In this document: positions 41,865-50,126 of the stretch, piece after piece
Layout of the letters: every line of letters starts with the position of its first letter
Position numbering within the stretch: the first letter of the stretch is position 1
NCBI GenBank assembly: GCA_964291655.2
Contig: OZ219802.1
Coordinates: forward strand, 1,888,001-1,952,000
Direction of reading: 5' to 3'
Length of the DNA stretch: 64,000 bases
Source of the DNA: Chloroflexota bacterium
GTDB lineage: Bacteria > Chloroflexota > UBA11872 > VXOZ01
The notes under the pieces: generated by a model
Seen by the model: the letters and a program-made list of their open reading frames with translations, nothing else
What the model was told of the DNA's origin: nothing
The model's database searches: none
Translations under genes and position numbers: made by a program

Positions 41865-42151
41865 TGTATAGACCGGGTTGATGGGTAACACATGTTCGGG
41901 TTGATAGGTTACACCATCGAATATGGGAGTTTTCGTTGTATGCAGTGTCCATGCCATGGAAGTTAGACCAACTCAATACCCTTATGGATACGGTTTTTCC
42001 CCTGGCACCAGCTCACGAACTGAACATGAGTATGTCGTGGTGCCTGGAACGTCTATTTCTCTGCCCAACCTAAAGCGCCCGAAGGTGTCAATCAGTACAA
42101 TGTGTAACCTATCAACCCGAACACCTGTTACCTATCAGCCCAGTCTGTACA
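41865..42151 (-). mobile_element. IS481-type MITE, family A variant 2 (287 bp)
   Basis: Ends TGTATAGACC / GTCTGTACA, each with two GGGTTGAT(A/G)GGT(A/T)ACA-type repeats; 6-bp TSD CTCCCC; homologous over its length to 52748-53035. Confidence 0.9.
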
Positions 42152-42329
42152 CTCCCCAGGGGAGAGGGGGTATACGTGACAGTTTTTCGGGTCGTGCAGG
42201 GGTCTCCCCAGTGAGACTTTTGCATAGCCCTTCAACTTGGAGGGGTAAGGTTGGGATGAGGGTGAAACGGCTTGACATTATGCTATTGTTGGTTGTAAAG
42301 GCATACTGGATTCCGGCTTGCGCCGGAAT

Positions 42330-42474
42330 TGTAAATGTCAGGTAATTCGTTGACAGATTTGGTAGAAGAAACATGGGAGCAGAACTCTGTGCTTGCCTAC
42401 ATACATGTCATTCCGAACGGAGCGTAGCGGAGTGTCGCTCTTAGCGCGGAATCTAGAGTGCTGAGGCCGTGAAA
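42330..42474 (-). mobile_element. MITE family B copy 4, truncated
   Basis: TGTAAATGTCAGGTAATTCGTTGACAGA end directly after GGAAT of a CGTC REP; matches reverse complement of copy 3 up to 42474 then stops. Confidence 0.8.
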
Positions 42475-42969
42475 TGGAGCGGTTCCGGTCCCCTCTCCTG
42501 GGGGAGAGGGTTAGGGTGAGGGGATCTTCTCACTTACCGGCTTGAGTGGTGCAAAGGTCTCCGGCGGTAGAGGGTTTGGATGAGGAGGAATCCCCGCAAT
42601 CTAAGCCGCTTTGGTGGATTTGGCACACGTACGTAAAGGTATTTCACGTGGAAAGTCCAGGGGGAGCAGGAATCCCCTCACCCCGGCCCTCTCCCCAGGG
42701 GAAAGGGAGCAGAGTACGGATCCGAGTGAACATGGAGCGGCTCCGGTTCCCTCTCCTGGGGGAGAGGGTTAGGGTGAGGGGATCTTCTCACTTACCGGCT
42801 TGATTGGTGCAAAGGTCTTCGGTGGTAGAGGGTTTGGATGAGGAGGAATCCCCGCAATCTGAGCCGCTTTGGTGGATTTGGCACACGTACGTAAAGGTAT
42901 TTCACGTGGAAAGTCCAGGGGAAGCAGGAATCCCCTCACCCCGGCCCTCTCCCCAGGGGAGAGGGAGCA
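42475..42969. repeat. Tandem duplication of a 258-bp REP-doublet unit
   Basis: Units start at 42475 and 42733 (TGGAGCGG...); each has GGGAGAGGGTTAGGGTGAGGG and inverted CCCTCACCCCGGCCCTCTCCC around a near-identical spacer. Confidence 0.9.
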
Positions 42970-43273
42970 TACGGGATAGTTTTTCGGGTCGTGCAGGGGG
43001 TCTCCCAGGGGAGAGGGAGTCTATATGCCTATCGATTGGGTCGGAAAGAGGGTTCTCCATGGAGTGGGAGTCTCCTCCCCTGTTGTTCGGGTCGTGTAAG
43101 GGTTTCCCCAGGGAGTGGGGGCTTACTTGCGTCACCTGCCGGAGCGATGAATAGGCAACCTCGGGGAGCGTGGATCGCTTTAGTGCTTGGGTCTTTGATG
43201 GATTTACGCTGATCCGGTGCTAGCTGATGAGAGGCTGACAGACTGAATTTCTGAAGTGAGATAGAGCAATACT

Positions 43274-44350
43274 ATGGCGGATTTGATGGATGCGGTGGTG
43301 TGTTACGGGCCGCAAGATTATCGGGTGGAGCAGGCGCCGATGCCGGTTATGACGGATGCGGCCATGATTCTGCGCACGGCTGCGAGCGGCATTTGCGCCA
43401 GCGACATCAAGTGCTACGATGGCGCGGGGCACTTCTGGGGCAGCGAGACCCGCCGCCCTTACGTGATTACGCCGGTGGTGCCCGGGCATGAGTTTAGCGG
43501 GTACGTGGAGGCCGTTGATCCGGCGGTGGCTGAGCAACACGGCTTGCAAGCAGGCGACCTGGTCGTGGTGGAGCAGATCGTGCCCTGTTGGCAGTGCCGT
43601 TTCTGCACACGCGGCCACTACTGGATGTGCCAGGTCAATTATATTTTCGGATTCAAGGGCGGTATCTGTGATGGCGGCATGGCCACGCACGTACGCGTGC
43701 CGCGCAATGCCATCGTCCACAAGGTGCCGGCAGGACTGACGGCGGAACAGGCCGCTTACGTTGAACCCCTGGGCTGTGCACTCCACGCGGTGGAACGCGG
43801 TGAGATTGAAGTCGGCGATACCGTGGTAGTTGCCGGACTGGGCAACATCGGCCTCTGCATGCTGCAGGCGGCCCGACTCTACTCACCCGGCAAGCTCATC
43901 GGCATCGACCTGCACCCCCGACGCCGGGCGTTGGCCACCGAGTTTGGCGCCGACGTTGTGTTGGACCCCACCGACCCCGGCGCTATGGAGGCAGTGCTCG
44001 ACCTAACGGACGGCTACGGCTGCGACGTGTACATCGAGGCCACCGGCCACCCTTCCGGCGTGACGCAAGGGCTGGACATGGTGCGCAAGCTCGGCACGTT
44101 CGTGGAGTTCAGCGTGTTTGGGGATGACGTGGTAGCCGATTGGACCATCATCGGCGACCGCAAGGAGCTGAACATCCACGGCGCGCACCTCAGTCCCTAT
44201 ACGTATCCATTGGCTATGGACCTCTTGCTGCAGGAGAAGGTCACCGTGGACCCGCTCATCAGCCATACGTTCCCCATCAGCGCGTTTCCGGATGCCATCG
44301 AGGCAGCGCATAATAATGCCGAGGGCATGAAGGTAATGATTGTACCGTGA
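43274..44350 (+). CDS. Zinc-dependent MDR polyol dehydrogenase (erythritol/threitol dehydrogenase-like)
   Basis: GICASD, GHEF, CWQCRFC...C structural Zn site, EPLGC, GLGNIG. Confidence 0.88.
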   Translation: MADLMDAVVCYGPQDYRVEQAPMPVMTDAAMILRTAASGICASDIKCYDGAGHFWGSETRRPYVITPVVPGHEFSGYVEAVDPAVAEQHGLQAGDLVVVEQIVPCWQCRFCTRGHYWMCQVNYIFGFKGGICDGGMATHVRVPRNAIVHKVPAGLTAEQAAYVEPLGCALHAVERGEIEVGDTVVVAGLGNIGLCMLQAARLYSPGKLIGIDLHPRRRALATEFGADVVLDPTDPGAMEAVLDLTDGYGCDVYIEATGHPSGVTQGLDMVRKLGTFVEFSVFGDDVVADWTIIGDRKELNIHGAHLSPYTYPLAMDLLLQEKVTVDPLISHTFPISAFPDAIEAAHNNAEGMKVMIVP

Positions 44351-44396
44351 GCGGCAGAGGGGTCTTGCCGCCAGTTCACAGTGTATGAAATCTGAG

Positions 44397-44762
44397 TAGC
44401 GCGGGGGCTTGTCCCCCGCTCTGGGTGGGCGAGATCATGTGCAGGGACTGCAGGAGCTTTCCCCGCCGGTAAGGTGATTTCGGCACCCGGTGAGGTGATT
44501 TCGGCACGAAGATAAGATGGATTCCGGTTTTCACCGGAATGACGGGCCGGTCGGGGCCCTATCCGTGTGGCGCGGGGACTTGCCCCCCGCTCTGGGTAGG
44601 CGAGATCATGTGCAGGGACTGTATGAGCTTTTCCCCGCCGGTAAGGTGATTTCGGCACCCTGTGAGGTGATATCGGCACGAAGATAAGATGGATTCCGGT
44701 TTTCACCGGAATGACGGACCGGTGGGCCCTATCCGTGTAGCGCGGGGGCTTGTCCCCCTGCT
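44397..44762. repeat. Tandem duplication of a ~171-bp composite REP unit
   Basis: GTAGCGCGGGGGCTTGTCCCCCGC-type at 44397, 44568, 44738; each full unit also has GGATTCCGGTTTTCACCGGAATGACG and two AGGTGATTTCGGCAC repeats. Confidence 0.9.
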
Positions 44763-44909
44763 CTTGGACGGAGAGTCTAACGGTAGCGTGGGTTTCATTT
44801 CCCGCGCTTGGGCGGGCACGCTAAACTGAGAGTGTCGCAGGCCACATCCAAGCCGCAGAGGATATTCTTTTACATAGACACTTCCTAGGAGATAAGGAGC
44901 AGATATCGT

Positions 44910-45701
44910 ATGAAAATCGCCTGTCAGGAGAACAAGGTACCGGGAGAGACGTTTCAGGAGAAGATCGACAACTTGGAGCGCTTCGGCTTTGCAGGCGTGG
45001 AGTTGATGCATGGCCGGTTGGCGGAACGGCTGTCGGAGGTCAAACAGGCGCTCAGCAACAGCAGTGTGCAGGCCAGCACGATCTGCACCGGCTCGGAGCA
45101 CGACCTCCTGGGTGTGACCAAGGACGACCGCGCCGCGCGCATGGAGCGTTTCCGCGGGTTGCTGGCGCTGGCCGGTGAACTGGGTCTCGTGGGCGTCATC
45201 GCGGTGCCGGTGCGGGGGCGCGATCCAATCTTCCCAGATCTTTCACCCTATCAGTCCGGCGCGGACCTGGAGCGCAATCTCTACGTAGAGTTGCTGCGCG
45301 AGGCGGGTGAGAGCGCCGCGCGGGAGGGTACGAATATCCTCGTGGAGCCGCTCAATCGCTATGAAACCCATCTGGCCAATACGCTTGCCGACGGCGCTGC
45401 CCTCTGTGCGGCGGCGGACCATCCCAACGTCAATATCATGGCCGACTTCTTCCACATGAGCATCGAGGAAGCGGACATCGCGGCCAGCATCCGCGATGCG
45501 GCGCAATACGTCAAACACGTCCATCTCGCCGATAGCAACCGCACCCAACCCGGCACAGGCCACACGGAGTTCAATTCCGGCTTTGCCGCCCTGCAGGAGA
45601 TTGGCTTCGACGGCTTCATGGCGCTGGAGTGCGGCATTACCGGCGATCCGGAAGAGTCCTTGCCGGCCACGGCTGCCTACTTGAAGAGCTGCATGGCGTA
45701 G
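44910..45701 (+). CDS. Sugar phosphate isomerase/epimerase (xylose isomerase-like TIM barrel)
   Basis: VEPLNRYE, ADFFHMSIEE, HVHLADSNR..PGTGH, ALEC. Confidence 0.9.
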   Translation: MKIACQENKVPGETFQEKIDNLERFGFAGVELMHGRLAERLSEVKQALSNSSVQASTICTGSEHDLLGVTKDDRAARMERFRGLLALAGELGLVGVIAVPVRGRDPIFPDLSPYQSGADLERNLYVELLREAGESAAREGTNILVEPLNRYETHLANTLADGAALCAAADHPNVNIMADFFHMSIEEADIAASIRDAAQYVKHVHLADSNRTQPGTGHTEFNSGFAALQEIGFDGFMALECGITGDPEESLPATAAYLKSCMA

Positions 45702-45881
45702 CGCAACGAGTCCTCGCTTCCCGCTGGGGGCACGTGCAGAGCGACCCCATAACTGTCCGGGGGTCGCTCACGTCAACTCTTGCTCCTGTATGAGGAGTTA
45801 CGCAGATATTTCCAGCGGGTGAGGAGTCTCAATTCGTGAAGCAGAGTGTAACGCGCCCTGCCGGCAAACTAATGGCCCCGC

Positions 45882-47048
45882 TTACCGCGGCATGGCGGCC
45901 ATGATGGCGATGGCGCGTTCAATTTCTTCTTCGCTGTTCATGAAAGCTGTGCACAGGCGCACGCCCTGCATGTCGTCGTGCATCAGCGCGCGGCACCAGA
46001 CCTCATTTTCATGCAGATAGGCGGCGAGGTCAGCGCCTGTAACCCCATCCACGCCGTACGCCACGATGCCTGTGTGCGCATCCGGGTGCTCGGGATCATA
46101 GCAGACTACTTTCGGGTGCTTGAGGAGTTCGCCGCGCAGCCAGCGCGAGAGGTGCTTGCTGCGCCCTTCGATAGCTTCTATCCCGTGTCCTTCTAAGTAC
46201 TCCACGGCGACGCCCAGCCCCGCCATGGTGGGAAAGTTCACCGAACCCCATTCCAACCGTCCTGGATAGGGTTGCCAGTCAACCGCGCCGGTCTCGAAAT
46301 CTATGTGCTTGGCCACGTGGCTGCCGGACCACGAAATCTGCAGCACGTCGCGCATGCGTTCGGCCACGTAGAAGCAGCCGGTCCCATAGGGACCGAGCAT
46401 CCATTTGTAGCCGAGCACCGCGTAGAAGTCAGGATCGATTGCGGCAATATCCACGTCGAGCTGGCCGACAGCCTGCCCGCCGTCAAGGTAGACGAACGCG
46501 CCGCGCTCGCGGGCCAGGCGGCACATCTCAGCCACGGGCAGTTCCGTGCCGCGGTCCTGCGTCACGTGGCTCAACGCCACGAGCTTGGTGCGCGGGGAGA
46601 GCAACGCCGTGAAATTGGCGAGATTCTCTTCCGGTGTCGCGCCCACCGGCATGTGGTGGATCACCGCGCCGTACCGTTTGCGGCCGATGTTATAGAGCGG
46701 CAGCCAAAGGGCGTCGTCCTCCTCATTGCTCGTAATGATCTCGTCACCCGGTAGCAGCGGCAGCCCGGAAACCACCATGCTAATGCTGTTGGAGACGTTG
46801 TTCACCATCGAGATGGTATCGTCAGGCACGTGAAATAACCGCGCCAGCGCCTCCCGGGTGCGTTGCTTGTGCAGAAAGCGCTCATCGCGGCGGCTCTGGA
46901 ACCACGGGCCCTGCTCAAAAAAGAACTGCCAGCGGTCGGTCACTTCATCCAGCACCGGACGGGCGTTCATCCCAATGCCGGCCGTGTGCAGGTAGATGCC
47001 GTGCTGCAGCGCCGGAAAGTCCTCTCGAATGCGCGGAATGTCCAACAT
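45882..47048 (-). CDS. Class V PLP-dependent aminotransferase / cysteine desulfurase-like
   Basis: IREDFPAL, TKLVALSHV, LDGGQAVG, GYKWMLGPYGTG (PLP Lys). Confidence 0.85.
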   Translation of the reverse strand: MLDIPRIREDFPALQHGIYLHTAGIGMNARPVLDEVTDRWQFFFEQGPWFQSRRDERFLHKQRTREALARLFHVPDDTISMVNNVSNSISMVVSGLPLLPGDEIITSNEEDDALWLPLYNIGRKRYGAVIHHMPVGATPEENLANFTALLSPRTKLVALSHVTQDRGTELPVAEMCRLARERGAFVYLDGGQAVGQLDVDIAAIDPDFYAVLGYKWMLGPYGTGCFYVAERMRDVLQISWSGSHVAKHIDFETGAVDWQPYPGRLEWGSVNFPTMAGLGVAVEYLEGHGIEAIEGRSKHLSRWLRGELLKHPKVVCYDPEHPDAHTGIVAYGVDGVTGADLAAYLHENEVWCRALMHDDMQGVRLCTAFMNSEEEIERAIAIMAAMPR

Positions 47049-47098
47049 GCCTGATCCTCTTCTGGTTGTTTACCGCCTAAGCGCTTGGATTCGGTTCA

Positions 47099-47175
47099 TC
47101 GGACCTAGAGTCCGCATGTTCGGACACCAGTCCGCGCAATCGGACTTTAGTCCGCATATTCGGACTCTCGTCCGC
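47099..47175. repeat. Four tandem ~20-bp units, each a CGGAC-N4/5-GTCCG palindrome
   Basis: TCGGAC ctaga GTCCGC atgt TCGGAC acca GTCCGC gcaa TCGGAC ttta GTCCGC atat TCGGAC tctc GTCCGC. Confidence 0.85.
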
Positions 47176-47318
47176 GTGCTCGTGCACCGGGAAGCGCAGC
47201 CTCGTTAACAGGCCGTAGCGCGGGGGTTTACCCCCCGCTTCCCCGCTCGGCGTCAATAGCAAGCATTAGCTTAGGCAAGCGCTTACTACTGCTACCGCAC
47301 CGCCTCGCCGCTCAGCGG

Positions 47319-47663
47319 CTAGCCCGACCCGCCAGGCCGGTCGTACGCTGTGCTTTCGGCCGCGAACTTCGTCTTGCCGAGCGCAGCTTGCATTTCATCT
47401 ACGGTAAGCAGCGGTGTAGTCTTAACTGTCTTGACGTGACCCGGCGAAATGGCGGCAATCACTGCGGCCGCGGCGGTCATGCCGTCCGGGGCCTCGAAGA
47501 TCACGACCCCATCGTAGTCGCCAAAGGCATACCACACGCCGATCAGACGGCCGCCGAGGCTCTCCAGCAGCGGCTCGATGGCGTCCCTCCGGTCCTCCGG
47601 ACTATTGGCCAATTGCTTCCAGGTCTCAATGTCATAGGAAAACTGTGACATGAACGTAGGCAT
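47319..47663 (-). CDS. GYD-domain protein
   Basis: LGGRLIGVWYAFGDYDGVVIFEAPD and KTTPLLT; RBS AAAGGA. Confidence 0.85.
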   Translation of the reverse strand: MPTFMSQFSYDIETWKQLANSPEDRRDAIEPLLESLGGRLIGVWYAFGDYDGVVIFEAPDGMTAAAAVIAAISPGHVKTVKTTPLLTVDEMQAALGKTKFAAESTAYDRPGGSG

Positions 47664-48001
47664 TGCGCATCAATCCTTTCTGTTGTGCACTATCCGCGCT
47701 CATCGCCCTTGAGAGCACGCGGTCTAATGCTTTTCCCAGTGCAGGCCACGCTGGAACATAGACTTGGCATTTGCCCAAATCCGCTGTCCGCGGACTACAG
47801 ACCCTCAACCAGCCAAGATTCGCCAGCCTGCCCTGCAAACCATTCGTCTCTAGTATATCCCGTCGGCTCCGTTCTGACCGCCTGCAGCAGCCAGAGAATT
47901 GCCCCACACTTTCATCGTTCCAGCGGGATGCCCGTCGTTCCTCTGCATTGTCATTCATTCCCTCAAGTTGTCCGTCACTTGACTCTCAACACAGATACTC
48001 A

Positions 48002-48254
48002 TGTAAGTGCTGAGTAATTCGTTGACAGAATTCGCTTTCCCGTAGAAAGCGTTACAAGGCCTTGTCATTCCGAGCGTAGCGAGGAATCTAGAGTGCTGAG
48101 GCCGTGAAAGTGTGTTGAGCAGGGACCCTAGATTCCGCGCTAAGAGCGACACTCCGCTACGCTCCGTTCGGAATGACATGTATGTAGGCAAGCACAGAGC
48201 TCTGCTCCCATGTTTCTTATCCCAAATCTGTCAACGAATTACCTGACACTTCCA
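48002..48254 (+). mobile_element. MITE family B copy 5 (253 bp)
   Basis: Ends TGTAAGTGCTGAGTAATTCGTTGACAGA / TCTGTCAACGAATTACCTGACACTTCCA followed by ATTCC; body near-identical to copy 3 except inverted central loop. Confidence 0.85.
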
Positions 48255-48299
48255 ATTCCTGTTGTCAGAACTGCTCGTAGCACATGCGGCGGTTCGCGC

Positions 48300-49427
48300 T
48301 TAGGACAGCCGCCGCACCGCCCGCGCAAGCGCATTCGCATTGCGGCGGTGGAAGTCTTGTTCGCGGGCGCTGATGCCGGTAATCATGAGACGCGGCATCA
48401 GGGACTCCGCCACGGGGCACCAACCCCGCCGATATGGCAGCGGCTGCGACTGTGGATCGCGGTTCACGCCGTACGCGCCGCCCAAACTGAAGACGGGATG
48501 CAGGTACGCCGGCACGCCCACGTAGCCGAAGCTGAACGCGGCTTCCTCCGCTGCACACGCCTCCTTGAATGCCTCCAACGAGAGTCCGTCCGCATGCGGC
48601 GCAAAGGCTGCCACCCAAAGATGGTAGGAGTGGACGCTGTCTGGGCTGGCTGCTTGGGGCTTAAGCCACGTGCAGCCTTCTGCTGCCTCCGCATAGAGCT
48701 GGGCGCTGGCGCGATCTTCCGCCACGTAGTCACGCGCGCGGCGCAACTGCACCCGTGCCACGGCGGCGGTCATTTCGGTCATGCGGAAATTGTGCGCCAG
48801 CCGCGTCGGCGCCGCGCCAAACGTCACGATGGCGCGCACCTGCTCGGCAAGATACGCATCATTCGTGACCGCGATACCGCCGTCGCCGGTGCTCAGGTGC
48901 TTCGACGACTGGAAGCTGAAGACGCCCACAGAGCCGAGCGTCCCCGCATTGCGCCCCTGAAACTCGCCGAACAGCACGTGGGCGCAGTCTTCGATCACGG
49001 GCAGCTTGTGGGCATCCGCCACTGCCAAAATTCCCGTCATATCCGCCGGTTCGCCCCAGTGATGGGTAACGATGATAGCCTTGGTGCGCGGTGTGATGCG
49101 CTCTGCCAGCGAGGCGGGGTCCATGTTGTGGGTGGACTCGTCAACGTCCGCGTACACGGGCATGGCCCCCGTGTAGAGCACCGCCAGACCGCCAAAGAGC
49201 ACCAGCGGGTCGCACACCACCTCATCACCCGCGCCGACACCCACCGCCCAGAGCGCCGCATGCAGCCCGCCCATGGCGGAATTGCAGGAAATCGCATGGT
49301 TCGCCCCCAGCGCCGCCGCAAACTCCTCTTCCAGCGCCGCCGCTTCCGGTCCGGCGCTGAGCACCCCGGATTCCAGCACCCGCGTCACCGCCGCGATGTC
49401 CTCCGCGTCGAAAACTTTCTTGCTCAT
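48300..49427 (-). CDS. DegT/DnrJ/EryC1/StrS-family aminotransferase
   Basis: ITPRTKAIIVTH, VIEDCAH, FSFQSSKHLSTGDGG, HNFRMTE. Confidence 0.9.
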   Translation of the reverse strand: MSKKVFDAEDIAAVTRVLESGVLSAGPEAAALEEEFAAALGANHAISCNSAMGGLHAALWAVGVGAGDEVVCDPLVLFGGLAVLYTGAMPVYADVDESTHNMDPASLAERITPRTKAIIVTHHWGEPADMTGILAVADAHKLPVIEDCAHVLFGEFQGRNAGTLGSVGVFSFQSSKHLSTGDGGIAVTNDAYLAEQVRAIVTFGAAPTRLAHNFRMTEMTAAVARVQLRRARDYVAEDRASAQLYAEAAEGCTWLKPQAASPDSVHSYHLWVAAFAPHADGLSLEAFKEACAAEEAAFSFGYVGVPAYLHPVFSLGGAYGVNRDPQSQPLPYRRGWCPVAESLMPRLMITGISAREQDFHRRNANALARAVRRLS

Positions 49428-50126
49428 TGTGCTTGCCCTCTCACGTGCCTATCGCGCAAACCGTCGTATTGGTCTCTTGATGATACTGTATTGAGCGCAG
49501 TTAGTTGCTTGCCCCGCCGCCTGTGGCATCGTCTGCTCTTCAACGTCCCATGCCTCCATGTCCGGCAATACGTAAGGGCACGACATGTCGTGCCTCTACC
49601 ACCTGGATTTCCCAAACAAAGCCCAAAGTGGCAGCAAGATCAAAGGCCGGTCCCAGCTCTCGTCACATTGCAGTTACTTCCCCAACATCATCGAGAATTA
49701 CGGAGTAGGGCGGCGCACCTGAAGGGAAGAGCGCGGTGCTAGGCCTTAGTCACTCCGGCTTTCGCCGGAGTCCAGGAACCAGGAGGAGAAGACTGTTACG
49801 ACGACCTGAAACCCCGCATCAACCAAGTGACATTTCTCGGAAGTCTCACTCTGTTGGCGCAACTGAGCTTGTTGACGAATTCTCTCCTAGACCAAGTCAA
49901 ATTCCAATGAGAATCCTTTGTGCCATGCTCTGGCACGTATCGCTCCCGGCCGTCTGGATTCCGGCTTTCGCCGGAATGACGACTTTGGAGCTTGGACTGC
50001 AGGAAGGTCTCTTGGTGAGCGGGAGTCATCCGGGAGACTGGGAGAGTGTCTCCCCTTGCCGGTCAGTCGGATGACTAGAAAACCCACCAAAGCGGGCATG
50101 CGCGCAAATGTCGCAGCTTCTTCGCC

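Noticed and set aside
42546-43154. Tandem paralogous ORFs MVQRS...PLWWIWHTYVKV
   Set aside because: They are translations of the 258-bp REP-doublet duplication with no RBS and REP-derived C-termini.
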